From Chloroflexota bacterium (lineage in GTDB: Bacteria > Chloroflexota > UBA11872 > VXOZ01): a DNA stretch of 64,000 nucleotides. The stretch covers positions 32,001 to 96,000 of the forward strand of contig CAXXVD010000001.1 of assembly GCA_963662335.2 (NCBI GenBank), written 5' to 3'. Within the stretch, counting starts at the first letter, position 1. Each line of letters opens with the position of its first letter. Shown piece after piece: positions 41,129 to 51,067 of the stretch. The notes beneath the pieces were generated by a model that saw only the letters and a list, made by a program, of their open reading frames with translations, had not been told where the DNA came from and searched no databases. A program made the translations under genes and the position numbers.

Positions 41129-42160
41129 ATGGCCGGCGACCGCCTGCGCACCGCCGTTGTCGGCGTGGGCCTGATTGGCGAGCAGCACGCTGACGTCTAC
41201 GCGGCGTACGACCGCGCCGACCTTGTATGCGTCTACGATGCCAATCCCGACCGCGCCCAGGCGGTGGCGGAGCGCCTGGGTTGCGAGGCCGCTCCCGACC
41301 TGGAGACGATTGCCGCGTCCGACGCGGCCCTGGTGAGCGTGGCGACGCCCGACTTCGCCCACCGCGACGCGGTCGTGACGATGCTCGAGGCCGGCAAGCA
41401 CGTGCTGGTCGAAAAACCCCTGGCCACCAGCGTTGCCGACGCCGTCGCCATGGTGCGGGCCGCCGCGCGCAACGAGCGTCTCTTCAGCGTGAGCCTGGGC
41501 AATCGCTGGGTCAACGACATCCAGGAATTGCGCGATTGCGTGCAAAGCGGTGAAATCGGCGAGCCGGTCTTTGGCTTCTCGCGCCTCTCCGATACGGTGT
41601 GGGTGCCCACCCAGATGCTCTCGTGGGGCAGCCAGTCCGGCCCGCACTGGTTCCTCTTTCCCCATACTATGGACTACATGCGCTGGATCATCGGCCAGGA
41701 AGCAAAGAGCGTCTACGCGCGGGGCGAGAAACGCCTCCTACCCCAGAAGGGCGTGGACGCCTACGACTTCGTCCAGGCGATGGTGGAGTTCGAGAATTGC
41801 ACGATTACGTTCGAGACCTCGTGGATTGTGCCGGAAGGCTATCCCGCCATTGTCGAACAGTACCTTTCGCTCTATGGCACCAAAGGCAAGGTGGCGTTGG
41901 ACCGCTCCAGTCGCGGCTTTACGCTGGATACCGAGTCGCGCCAATTGACCATACGGCCCAAGATGTGGTCGTACTTCAAGACCGATGATTCTTGGGGCAA
42001 TTCCATGCGCAATATGGTGGATTGCGCGCTGGACGGCGGGGAACCGGCGATTTCGGCGCGGGACGGCCTGGCGGTGGTCGCCATGATCGCAGCCGCCGAA
42101 CGCTCGATCGAGACGGGCCAGCCGGTTGAACCGGCCGCCTTGATTGCCGAACACGAGTAA
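41129..42160 (+). CDS. Gfo/Idh/MocA family oxidoreductase
   Basis: VVGVGLIG, ATPDFAH, VEKP, FPHTMD. Confidence 0.9.
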   Translation: MAGDRLRTAVVGVGLIGEQHADVYAAYDRADLVCVYDANPDRAQAVAERLGCEAAPDLETIAASDAALVSVATPDFAHRDAVVTMLEAGKHVLVEKPLATSVADAVAMVRAAARNERLFSVSLGNRWVNDIQELRDCVQSGEIGEPVFGFSRLSDTVWVPTQMLSWGSQSGPHWFLFPHTMDYMRWIIGQEAKSVYARGEKRLLPQKGVDAYDFVQAMVEFENCTITFETSWIVPEGYPAIVEQYLSLYGTKGKVALDRSSRGFTLDTESRQLTIRPKMWSYFKTDDSWGNSMRNMVDCALDGGEPAISARDGLAVVAMIAAAERSIETGQPVEPAALIAEHE

Positions 42161-42172
42161 GGGCGAGAGACG

Positions 42173-43174
42173 ATGAACCGGATCGGCATCGGCGTAATTG
42201 CCGCGGGACAGATGGGCCAACGGCACGCAAACGTCTACCGTCAGTTACCCGAAGTGGAACTGCGCGCGGTAGCCGACCTTAATGTAGAAGCCGCCCACAC
42301 TGCCGCCGACCCGGCCGGCGCTGACGTGTATGCCGACTGGCGAGTGTTGCTTGAGCGCGACGACGTGCAGGCCGTGAGCATCTGCCTGCCGGACTGGCTG
42401 CACCGGGACGCGGTGATTGCGGCGGCGGAAGCGGGCAAGCATATCCTGCTGGAAAAGCCGCTGGCCATCGACGTTGCCGACGCGGACGACATGGTCGCGG
42501 CCGTGGAGCGCGCCGGTATCACGCTATTGGTGGGACACACCCTCCACTTCGACCCCCGCTACGCCATGCCGCTGGAAGACTATCGGCGCGGCGCGATTGG
42601 CGATGTCATCCACGTCTACGCCCGCCGCAACAATCCTATCGCCAGCGCGGAGAAATTCGAGGGCAACACGACGGTCTTGCAATTCCTCGGCATTCACGAC
42701 ATCGAGTACGTGCTTTCTATGGTCGATGAACCGGTGGTGCGGGTTACTGCCGAGTCACACCAGGCGCTGGCAACTAACCTCGGCATCGACGACGCGGTCT
42801 TTACGCTCGTGAAATTCGCTTCAGGAGCAGTCGCCAGTTTCGAGCACGCCTGGACCCTGCCCGCGCAAGATTACCGCGCGCTGGACGCCCGCCTGGACGC
42901 CGTCGGCACGCAAGGGATGATTCGCATCGATTGCGCCCCCGCCACCAGCATGACAATCGGTCAAGTTCAGGTTGAGACGCACGACACGTGGTACGGCCCG
43001 ACCCTGGGAGAGGACTACGTGGGCGCTATCTTTCACGAGGTCAAGCACTTCGTGGACTGCCTGCGCACCGGCGCGGAACCGGCGGTCAAAGTGAGGCACG
43101 CCCATGAAGCGGTGCGCGTGGTGGACGCGGCGCAACGCTCAGCCGCCAGCGGCAGGCCTGTCACGCTAGCGTAA
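42173..43174 (+). CDS. Gfo/Idh/MocA family oxidoreductase
   Basis: IAAGQMG, CLPDWLH, LEKP, LGIHD. Confidence 0.9.
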   Translation: MNRIGIGVIAAGQMGQRHANVYRQLPEVELRAVADLNVEAAHTAADPAGADVYADWRVLLERDDVQAVSICLPDWLHRDAVIAAAEAGKHILLEKPLAIDVADADDMVAAVERAGITLLVGHTLHFDPRYAMPLEDYRRGAIGDVIHVYARRNNPIASAEKFEGNTTVLQFLGIHDIEYVLSMVDEPVVRVTAESHQALATNLGIDDAVFTLVKFASGAVASFEHAWTLPAQDYRALDARLDAVGTQGMIRIDCAPATSMTIGQVQVETHDTWYGPTLGEDYVGAIFHEVKHFVDCLRTGAEPAVKVRHAHEAVRVVDAAQRSAASGRPVTLA

Positions 43175-43223
43175 GGCCCGTAGCGCCTGCAAGGCTGCTC
43201 TTTCTCACCTATCCGCGCGCCCG

Positions 43224-43346
43224 CCGTTCTCGATGAGCCTGTCGAAGCACACTGCCTCTCCGTTCGTGCTGAGCCTGTCGAAGCACGCCCCGCAGAGAGC
43301 ACAGTATCTGACCCGCAAACCGTTCGTGCTGAGCTTGTCGAAGCAC
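43224..43346. repeat. Three direct copies of REP family B half-element between convergent genes
   Basis: CCGTTCGTGCTGAGC(C/T)TGTCGAAGCAC at 43224 (degenerate), 43260, 43320; gaps of 9 and 33 bp. Confidence 0.85.
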
Positions 43347-43378
43347 GTCGTCCGCGGTCAGTCAGGCGCCGCCTGCCT

Positions 43379-44650
43379 TCACGCCAAAATACGCTCAAGC
43401 TGGCTAAACACCTTTGCAAACGCCCGCACGTAGCCGGCCATCAAGGCATCATCATTGGGCGGGGTCAGCCCCATTAACGGGATGACCCTATCGACCGCAT
43501 TAGAAGCGCGCGGATAGTCCTCCGACCGATACTCAATCAAGGCGTCGTAGCAGCACTCCCAGGGACACCCCCGGCCGTAGCCTTCCTGTTCCTGGAAGAG
43601 CGTCATGCGCGGCAGCAGAAACTCCGCGCGGCCCAGGCCGACCCCTTCCGCCCGCAGCGCCTCCCGCACCTTCTCGCTGGCGGCCCCTGCGTCAACGTCC
43701 AAGCCCGCCTCTTCCGGCGCGAACTCCGCCACGTAGCGGAAGTAGACGTGCGTGCGGTCGGGCGGCGCGTGCGGCAAACGCAGACCGGGGATGCCCGCCA
43801 GATGCTCGTTCAGATAGGCGGCGTTGGCCTGGATGTGGGCCGTGGTCTCGTCGATACGGGTCAGTTGCGAACGGATGAAGGCGTTGGTCATCTCGGTGCC
43901 GCGATACATCCAGCCCATGCCGGAGACGTTGTACTCGCGCTCGCCGTCGGAGCGCCGCCGCTCGCCGAACTGCTGCACCCGCGCCGCCATGTCCCACGCC
44001 TCTTCATCGTCGGTCACCAGCGCGCCGCCTTCGCCGCCGGGCAGGTTCTTGTTGCCGTTGAAGCTGAACGCGCCGACGTGGCCGAGCGTGCCTACCATGC
44101 GTCCCTTGTACGTGGCTGCCTGCGCCTGGCAGCAGTCTTCGATTACTTTCAACCCGTGCTTCTCCGCCACCGCCATGATGCCGTCCATATCGGCCGGCAG
44201 GCCGTAGAGGTGCACCGGCAGAATCGCCCGCGTGCGCGGCGTGATCTTCTTTTCTACCTCTGCGGGGTCCAGCGTGTAAGTTGCAGGATCGATGTCGGCA
44301 AAGACCGGAATCGCGTTGTGATGCAAGATGCACGTGGCCGTGGACGACCAGGACATGGGCGTGGTGATGACCTCGTCACCCGGTTGCACGCCGGCCGCGG
44401 CCACCGCCATGTGCAGAGCCGCCGTGCCGCTGTTCGTTACCAGGCAATGGCGCGCGCCCACGTACGCCGCCCACTCCTCCTGCAACGCCGTCGCCTCCGG
44501 CGCGGCCGCCCCCCACAACACGCCGCGCTCCAGCACACCCATCACCGCCGCTTTGTCCGCCGCCGCCACCTGCGGCCACGGCTGCACTGTCCCTTCATTC
44601 ACTGCTGGCGTCCCGCCAGATAGCGCAAGCTCTTCTTGATTACCCGGCAT
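43379..44650 (-). CDS. DegT/DnrJ/EryC1/StrS PLP-dependent aminotransferase
   Basis: NSGTAALH, GDEVIT, PVHLYG, IEDCCQA, SFNGNKNL..GEGG. Confidence 0.92.
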   Translation of the reverse strand: MPGNQEELALSGGTPAVNEGTVQPWPQVAAADKAAVMGVLERGVLWGAAAPEATALQEEWAAYVGARHCLVTNSGTAALHMAVAAAGVQPGDEVITTPMSWSSTATCILHHNAIPVFADIDPATYTLDPAEVEKKITPRTRAILPVHLYGLPADMDGIMAVAEKHGLKVIEDCCQAQAATYKGRMVGTLGHVGAFSFNGNKNLPGGEGGALVTDDEEAWDMAARVQQFGERRRSDGEREYNVSGMGWMYRGTEMTNAFIRSQLTRIDETTAHIQANAAYLNEHLAGIPGLRLPHAPPDRTHVYFRYVAEFAPEEAGLDVDAGAASEKVREALRAEGVGLGRAEFLLPRMTLFQEQEGYGRGCPWECCYDALIEYRSEDYPRASNAVDRVIPLMGLTPPNDDALMAGYVRAFAKVFSQLERILA

Positions 44651-44783
44651 CGCTAACTCCTTGTCGCCAGATCCGTCTCTAGCCCAAGCGGCCGCTAATC
44701 ATCTCACCCTCGATTGTATACCTATCAATGCTCGCTTAGAATGCAGCGTAGAGAAACAACCTGACCAGTGAGAGTATCAAGCG

Positions 44784-45362
44784 TTGCCGCAGCAAGAGAA
44801 CCACCTAATCCTCATAAAACACTCCCTGCCGGAGATAGTCCCAAGCATACCGGCGAAGCAGTGGCATCTGTCTGCAACGGGACGAAAACGCTGTAATCGG
44901 CTCGCGGCGCAACTAGAGGTGTATTCACCGGACGTATTCATCACCAGCGATGAACCGAAAGCTCAAGAAACCGGAGAGATTGTTGCCAAACTGCTCGACA
45001 CACACTGCACTACAGCGCCAAATCTCCATGAACACGATAGGAGCAATGAAGGATTCTTTCCTGCCAAGAAGCAATTTGATAATCGCGTTGCGCAGTTCTT
45101 TGCGAGTGCTCAAACTCTCGTCTTCGGCCAGGAGACTGCCGATGACGCTCACGCAAGGTTTGCCAACGCCGTTTCCACCGCAATTGCGCAGCATTCGGAA
45201 CGCACCATCGCAATTGTCGCGCATGGCACCGTAATCACACTCTTCGTTGCCCGCGCATGTGGACTTCAACCGCTTCTCTTGTGGAAACGCCTGGACTTAC
45301 CGTCTTTCGTCGTTCTGACGCTTCCCGATTATCACTTGGATCAAATCGTTGACGGTGTCTGA
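44784..45362 (+). CDS. Histidine phosphatase (phosphoglycerate mutase-like) family protein
   Basis: LILIKHS, LS..G, TSDEPKAQET, LHEH, IVAHG; TTG start; visibly lower GC than flanks. Confidence 0.75.
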   Translation: MPQQENHLILIKHSLPEIVPSIPAKQWHLSATGRKRCNRLAAQLEVYSPDVFITSDEPKAQETGEIVAKLLDTHCTTAPNLHEHDRSNEGFFPAKKQFDNRVAQFFASAQTLVFGQETADDAHARFANAVSTAIAQHSERTIAIVAHGTVITLFVARACGLQPLLLWKRLDLPSFVVLTLPDYHLDQIVDGV

Positions 45363-45424
45363 GGCCGGCTGCCGGAGCGGCATTTCATTTGAATCGCTCA
45401 GGTATGAGATTGCAGTGTGTGCGG

Positions 45425-46102
45425 CTATTCTTCGCTAAACACCAGATTCCCAAACCGGTTCGGCATGTGGAACTGGATTTCGCCGGTTGGCGACCAGGCG
45501 CTGTATTCGTCAGCGTCGTGGGCGCGGTCGATGCGGTAGAAGTTGGCGCGCCAGCGGTCGCCGTCGTGGGGCGGCACGTGGGGCGCGGTCATGCACTGGT
45601 CGAAGGGGATGGCGATCTCGGTCGTCCAGGCGGTGTCCGTGCCGTCGAATGAGTTTACCTTGCCGTCCACCTGCACCGCCGTCTGCAAGTCCGGGCAATC
45701 CCAGCAGAAGAGTTCGTGGCTCTTGCCGCCGCGCCGGAAAACGGCCAGGTCTACGATGACGTTGTTCGGGCTGACCTCGAACTCTAGAAACGACCACTCG
45801 TCGCTGTCGTCATCCAGGAAGACTTCGACCACTTCCTCATCCCACAGGGGCTTATCCCGCTCCGTCAGCGTGCCCCAAATGTAGGGGTCTTCCGCCTCGA
45901 AGCCCACGTAGAGGTACGTGTCGTCCCAGAGCGCGCGCACGATCGTGGGATAGCGCGGCGCGTCCCCGGTGACGGTCTCGACAAGCTGCATCTGCTCGGC
46001 CCGCTCCCAGGCCGGTTCGTCGAGCGCGCCGTCTACCGTAATCGGCGCGGCGGCCCGGCGGCAGGTGTAAGTCGGAAGCGGCGGAAGCGTAGAATCTGCC
46101 AT
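45425..46102 (-). CDS. Carbohydrate-binding family 9-like protein
   Basis: ITVDGALDEPAW, LWDDTYLYV, EVVEVFLD, EFEVSP, WTTEIAIPF, WRANFYR, WSP. Confidence 0.8.
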   Translation of the reverse strand: MADSTLPPLPTYTCRRAAAPITVDGALDEPAWERAEQMQLVETVTGDAPRYPTIVRALWDDTYLYVGFEAEDPYIWGTLTERDKPLWDEEVVEVFLDDDSDEWSFLEFEVSPNNVIVDLAVFRRGGKSHELFCWDCPDLQTAVQVDGKVNSFDGTDTAWTTEIAIPFDQCMTAPHVPPHDGDRWRANFYRIDRAHDADEYSAWSPTGEIQFHMPNRFGNLVFSEE

Positions 46103-46128
46103 TCGTTTCAAGTCCTTATGCTGAACGG

Positions 46129-48432
46129 TTACGTCACATCTAACCACACCGGGCTCGACCACGCCATCTCCTCATCCGCCTGCGTCACGCGAACGTAGTA
46201 GAAGTCGCCGGTGGACGCTTCAGAATCATCCTCCCACACCAGGTCGACGCCGTGCGCAGGGTCCCGCCAGGTATGGACGTCCTCGTTGTTCTTGACGACG
46301 TCAACGCTGCGCAGCGGCGCGGTGCCGATGACGTTCACCACAAGCCGCCGCGTATCATTGGCCGCTAGGGCAATATCCGACCCCATCCAGTGGTCGTTCA
46401 CCTTGAACGAGAGCAGAATGCGGGGGCCGGACGTGCCATAGGTGCGCCGCGCCCGCCACGCCTCGAAGATTTCCTTGCGCGTAAGGCCCGTGGCCCACGC
46501 CACCGCCAGTCCCGACGGCTTCCAAAGCGCATCGGCCACGGACTTGCTGAACTGGTTGCCGACGCCGGCGTAGCCGGGGCGGGCGTCGTGGTTGTCGCTG
46601 CCGGCGATCACGCCTACGCGCGAGCCGGTCGCCAAAATCTCCTGCAGCGAAAGTCCACGCTGACCGAGCCACGGCTGGCGCGGATTGCCCCGGATCTCCG
46701 AGTTGCCCCAGCCGGAGTACATCTCCAGCAGCCGTTCGTACGTGGGATTGTGTTGGTGCCAGCGCATGGCCATCAGCGGGTGGTGGCCGAACGCCAGCAC
46801 GTCCTCGCGCCCTTTCAGGTGATGCCACAGGCGCTCCAGATTCGCCGTGGCAACGTCACTGCCGCGCAATAACTGATGGTAGTCGTTTTCGCTGTACACG
46901 TTGCGGTGCCCGAGAGCGTGCCCTTCGCCGTCTACATCCGAATAAGCCCATTCAAAACCGCTGATGGGCACGAATTCGCCCGGCTGGTGGTACCGCTGCA
47001 CCAGAATCTGGTTGGCCGTCCACTGGTTGTCGGTCTCGTACTCGGCGTGCTCGGAGGCGCACATGAAGTCGAGATTCGCCACGTGGCGGCCGTGCTCGTA
47101 CTGGGCCTCGATCTCGCCCACCGCGTCACCCGAATAGAGCGAGTGCGAATGAATATCGCCAAAATAGACGCGGTGTTCCGGCAACTCCGCTGCACTCACG
47201 ACCGGATTGGAGACGCCGACAAGACCGTCGTCGCTCTCGGCCGTTATCACATACGCGCCCTCGCCTCGTGGCGTCCACGTGACCCGGCAATGGCTGCCGT
47301 CGCCCTCCCGCAGGTGAACCGGAGCGGGAAGGTCCACGTCGTCCCGGTCGCACGTGAAGCGCACGCGCCCGGTGTACGCCGGTTGGGCCAGCGCCTGAAA
47401 CTGGTCCATCACCGCCACGTTCAGGTCATGGGGCGCGCCGGCCTGCGCATGGGCTTTGGCCGTGACGAAGAGCTTGGCCGGCGCATCCGGCGTCACCGTG
47501 AAGGTATGCGCGTGGTCCCGCTCAAGGGGAAGAAACGTCTCATTGGCGCGGGCGTCCACCCAGACCGTGAGCACCGGCATGCGGTGCCACCAGGCGCGCT
47601 TGTAGTTGTGGGTGTAGGTCCAGGCAACGACGTTGGCTTGCGCGCCAGGACCGCCGCCGCTGCGGTCGCCAAAGACGAGCGTGATCGTATCGCCCGGCCG
47701 CAGCGGCGCCTCGGACACGGTCACCCGGATGCCAAGCTCGCGGTCGTGCAGCCCCGTAACCGGCTCGACTATGTCCGTTATGTCGACTTTGCCGCTTCCC
47801 GTATGCGCGATGGTCACGTAGCCCGGCCCACTCGGATCTTCCGTCTGCGGCGTGTGGTCCTCGCGCCACAGCGAGCCCTCCACAAAGGCCAGGATGCCGC
47901 CGCCCACGGCGATGCCCTCTTTGCCTACGGTGTAGGTCATGCGAAACTCGTGGCGGGAACAAGAAACCACCCGATTTGGCGTCAGTTCGCTGAAGCCGCT
48001 GGGATCGCTTAACAGCGCGTGCAAGTCGGACTCGGCGCCCACCGACGGCGGCACGTGCAAGTCCAGGTCATCGCTGAGAACAACGCCTGCGAAACCCCGC
48101 AGCGTCGCCTCCGGCGTGGACACGCGCATTTGCAGGAACGTGTCGCGCAAGGAAACCGTGGCCACCCGCGTCCACACGGTTTCGGGCCGCACCTGCGGGT
48201 TCAACCGCACCCGGCCGCTCGCGCCGTCTAGCTCCACTTCCACGTAGCGTTCTTCAGACGAATGCGGCGAGACACCCAGCCACAGGCCGTAGGGACGGCC
48301 CGTGTCCCACCCGCGCGTCTGCAGCGTGAGGTCGGCAACCGAACGCTGGTAGTGCTGCCCCCGAAACGCGACCTTCTGTTCGCTGTACGCGAACTCATTT
48401 GGCTCGAACAAGATATAGCGGCGGTCGTTCAT
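46129..48432 (-). CDS. PHP-like metallohydrolase (CehA/McbA / DUF3604 type) with long N-terminal extension
   Basis: FGDIHSHS..SGD, LDF..SEH, GFEW, GHRNV, E.YS.WG, GSDNH, RRTYGTSG, YYVRV, AWSSPVW. Confidence 0.75.
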   Translation of the reverse strand: MNDRRYILFEPNEFAYSEQKVAFRGQHYQRSVADLTLQTRGWDTGRPYGLWLGVSPHSSEERYVEVELDGASGRVRLNPQVRPETVWTRVATVSLRDTFLQMRVSTPEATLRGFAGVVLSDDLDLHVPPSVGAESDLHALLSDPSGFSELTPNRVVSCSRHEFRMTYTVGKEGIAVGGGILAFVEGSLWREDHTPQTEDPSGPGYVTIAHTGSGKVDITDIVEPVTGLHDRELGIRVTVSEAPLRPGDTITLVFGDRSGGGPGAQANVVAWTYTHNYKRAWWHRMPVLTVWVDARANETFLPLERDHAHTFTVTPDAPAKLFVTAKAHAQAGAPHDLNVAVMDQFQALAQPAYTGRVRFTCDRDDVDLPAPVHLREGDGSHCRVTWTPRGEGAYVITAESDDGLVGVSNPVVSAAELPEHRVYFGDIHSHSLYSGDAVGEIEAQYEHGRHVANLDFMCASEHAEYETDNQWTANQILVQRYHQPGEFVPISGFEWAYSDVDGEGHALGHRNVYSENDYHQLLRGSDVATANLERLWHHLKGREDVLAFGHHPLMAMRWHQHNPTYERLLEMYSGWGNSEIRGNPRQPWLGQRGLSLQEILATGSRVGVIAGSDNHDARPGYAGVGNQFSKSVADALWKPSGLAVAWATGLTRKEIFEAWRARRTYGTSGPRILLSFKVNDHWMGSDIALAANDTRRLVVNVIGTAPLRSVDVVKNNEDVHTWRDPAHGVDLVWEDDSEASTGDFYYVRVTQADEEMAWSSPVWLDVT

Positions 48433-48451
48433 GCGTGCTTCCTTTCTCAAG

Positions 48452-48499
48452 AATCACGAACGCCGGAGCCGCGTTGGGGCATACCCGGCGTTCGCGATG
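48452..48499 (-). terminator. Stem-loop downstream of solute-binding protein gene (attenuator or mRNA stabiliser)
   Basis: Minus strand ATCGCGAACGCCGG...CCGGCGTTCGTGAT followed by TCTT. Confidence 0.45.
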
Positions 48500-48654
48500 C
48501 GTTGCGCGTAACAATTCTGTTCCCAGCGTGCGGCCGGACTATTCAGGACGTAAACAAAGAGCGCGTACCCTGCAACGGCGCCACTTCTCAGAGCGTCCGT
48601 ACGTGCCGTGACCGCCGCGCAAGCCCTCATTGGCACACTGACCGCTACAACCCC

Positions 48655-50025
48655 CTACTTCGAAATTCCGAGACGTTTCAGTTCTTCTTGCTCTTTCTCC
48701 AGCACGAGGTTGCCGGCTTTCACGGCCGTAGCCACCGCTTCCTCCATGCCAACCTCGTTCAGCCAGCCTTTGTTCAACTCGTCCCTCACCGCCACTATCC
48801 ATTCAATCGTAAAGAATGAATAGGGGTAGGGATAGCCGATTTCCATGGAGTCCACGAAGATCTTGGCCGGCTCTGGATAGTCGCTGAGTCTCGCCCAGTT
48901 GGCCGCGCCACGCCACGTGGCGGGCAAGTTCCACACCGCCGTCGACTCCTCGCCCACTTCGGAGGTAGTGGAGTGCTTGATGAACTCCCAGGCCTCGTCG
49001 GGATGCTCGATGGGATTGAGCACCGCCATAGCGCCGGCGTGAATGACACTGGCCGGCCGCACGCTTACGGGCAGCAACTGCGCGTGCCAACGGAACTCCG
49101 CCATTTGCGGGCGGCCAAAGAGGAACGAGCCGCTCGGCATGAGCGCCAACGAACCCGTCGAAAACATCGTGAAGGCCCCACCCATCGCGGAAGTTTCATC
49201 GTACGTGGGCGCCACCCGGTACTTGTAGACGAGATCGTGCACCCACTTGAGGGCATCCAGTCCGGGGGGCTCGCCGAATCGCAAGTGGGTCTTGTCCTCG
49301 CTAAGAATCTCGCCGCCGTTGATGACAATCCAGTTGAAGCCCTGGGTTTGCCCCCACGGACCCACCAGCGTGCCCCAGCGCTCCACCTTGTCACCCTGGC
49401 GCACGGTGAGTTGTTCAGCGAGATCGAGCCAGTCTTCCCAATTCCAGTCGTCCTGCGGCACGTCTATGCCGGCCTGTTCGAAGTGGTCGACGTTGTAGAA
49501 CATGCCGACGGTCGCTTGGTTCTTCGGCATGCCCCAGAACTTGCCGAACACCGTGTAGATGTTAAGCGCATAGGGAGCGAATATGTCTCCCATGTCGATG
49601 CCGTCGCGGGCAATGTACGGGTCCAGCTCAGTGAGCATGCCCAACGCGGCAAAGGACATAATGGCGGGGGCATTGATCCACATGAGGTCATAGGGAACCG
49701 AGCCTGCGGCGTGCGCGATCTTGAGATTGTTCTGCATCTCGGACTGATTGGGGGTGATGTCGGTGGTCACGTTGACGCGATTGCCGAACTCGGCGCGGTA
49801 CGCCTCATTGACCCGCTCATTGTCATCAAACACTACCTGGGCGTGGGTAATGGCCTTGAGCTCTACGGTCTCCGGCTCGGGAGCGGCTTCTGCGGCCGGC
49901 TTGGCCTCGGCCTGCTCCGTCTCCACAGCGGGAGCTACGGCGGCAGCGCCGCAAGCAGCCAGGGGAACGGCTATACTCGATGCGCCCAGCGCGGCCAGCA
50001 GCCTGCGTCGTGAAATGACAGACAT
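48655..50025 (-). CDS. ABC transporter sugar-type solute-binding lipoprotein (Tat signal)
   Basis: ISRRRLL, lipobox LAAC, LDPYI, MFYN, WNWEDW, AWEFIK; paralog of 60395-61768; AGGAGG RBS. Confidence 0.85.
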   Translation of the reverse strand: MSVISRRRLLAALGASSIAVPLAACGAAAVAPAVETEQAEAKPAAEAAPEPETVELKAITHAQVVFDDNERVNEAYRAEFGNRVNVTTDITPNQSEMQNNLKIAHAAGSVPYDLMWINAPAIMSFAALGMLTELDPYIARDGIDMGDIFAPYALNIYTVFGKFWGMPKNQATVGMFYNVDHFEQAGIDVPQDDWNWEDWLDLAEQLTVRQGDKVERWGTLVGPWGQTQGFNWIVINGGEILSEDKTHLRFGEPPGLDALKWVHDLVYKYRVAPTYDETSAMGGAFTMFSTGSLALMPSGSFLFGRPQMAEFRWHAQLLPVSVRPASVIHAGAMAVLNPIEHPDEAWEFIKHSTTSEVGEESTAVWNLPATWRGAANWARLSDYPEPAKIFVDSMEIGYPYPYSFFTIEWIVAVRDELNKGWLNEVGMEEAVATAVKAGNLVLEKEQEELKRLGISK

Positions 50026-50057
50026 CGCGAACCTCCTATTCCGGTCCATCCCGGAAT

Positions 50058-50987
50058 TCACTCCTGGGAGACAGCCACAGAGGTAGAATACTTAGCCAAT
50101 TCCTTCTCTGTCAAGCGCGTCAAGGTCTCGAGTTCGCGCAGCGATTGGGCGTCTAGCGCGGTGACCGGCTGGCGCACGGTGGCGTGGTCGATCGCGCCGG
50201 CGCGGGCTAGGAGATACTTGGCGGACTGGATGAAGGTCTGCACGCTGCCGCCTTTCGCCACGAGCACGGGCAGGACGGCGGCGTAGATGGCGCGCGCTTG
50301 GTCAATATCGCCGGCCATGTAATGCCCATAGACCTGCGCCATGGGCCCAATGGCGTCCGCGCCGGGCATGCAGCCGACCGCGCCGCGCTCCAACGCCTCG
50401 ATGAAGCCGATGCCGCCCCAGCCCACCAGCATTTGCAGGCGCGCGCCAACCTGCTCCTTCACCGCTTCCATGAGCGGCCACGCGGGCTGCGCCTCCAGCT
50501 TGACGTACTGGACGTTCGGGCATCGCGCCGCCATCTGCGCGATTACGCCGGCCGATAGCCCGTAGCCCACGACCTGCGGGCAGTCCTGCACCATGATGGG
50601 CGCGTCTACGGCATTGCCAACCGCCGTATAGAATTCCACGACCCCGTCCATGTCCACCGGACCGGGCGGCGGCAAGACCATGAGGCCCACCACGCCCGCT
50701 TTGGTGAGCCAGCGCGCCATGCGCACGGCCTCGACCGTGGACGCGGCTTGCAAACCGGAAAGCACCGGCACGCGGCCGTTCGCCTGCGCCACGACGGTCT
50801 CGATGCTGCGCCGCTTCTCTTCCTCGCTGAGGCGATTGGTCTCACTGGCCAGTCCGAGGCAGACCACGGCGTGCGCGCCCTCCGCCACTACGTAGTCCGT
50901 CAGGCGGCGCAAACTGTCGTAGTCCAGTGACTCATCGGGAAAGAACGGCGTGCTGAGCACCGCCAGCACGCCGTGAAAGTCATTCAT
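50058..50987 (-). CDS. Dihydrodipicolinate synthase/NAL family aldolase
   Basis: TPF, GLASE, GRVPV, MVLPP, MVQD, catalytic lysine in YVKLE. Confidence 0.85.
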   Translation of the reverse strand: MNDFHGVLAVLSTPFFPDESLDYDSLRRLTDYVVAEGAHAVVCLGLASETNRLSEEEKRRSIETVVAQANGRVPVLSGLQAASTVEAVRMARWLTKAGVVGLMVLPPPGPVDMDGVVEFYTAVGNAVDAPIMVQDCPQVVGYGLSAGVIAQMAARCPNVQYVKLEAQPAWPLMEAVKEQVGARLQMLVGWGGIGFIEALERGAVGCMPGADAIGPMAQVYGHYMAGDIDQARAIYAAVLPVLVAKGGSVQTFIQSAKYLLARAGAIDHATVRQPVTALDAQSLRELETLTRLTEKELAKYSTSVAVSQE

Positions 50988-51067
50988 GCGCCTTGCTCCC
51001 TCATGTAACTCGACAAAATCTACCATCAGCGAGCGCCGCGCCGCGATGAGCGCGGCCGGCGCCGTTT

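Noticed and set aside
43224-43346. Possible CRISPR array
   Set aside because: Only three repeats, spacers of 9 and 33 bp, no cas genes, and the repeat recurs as a dispersed REP at 57882 and 62912
43233-43433. Small ORF with repeated PFVLSLSKH peptide
   Set aside because: Translation of REP repeats; similar artefacts at 23370-23591, 31776-31994 and 57832-58029
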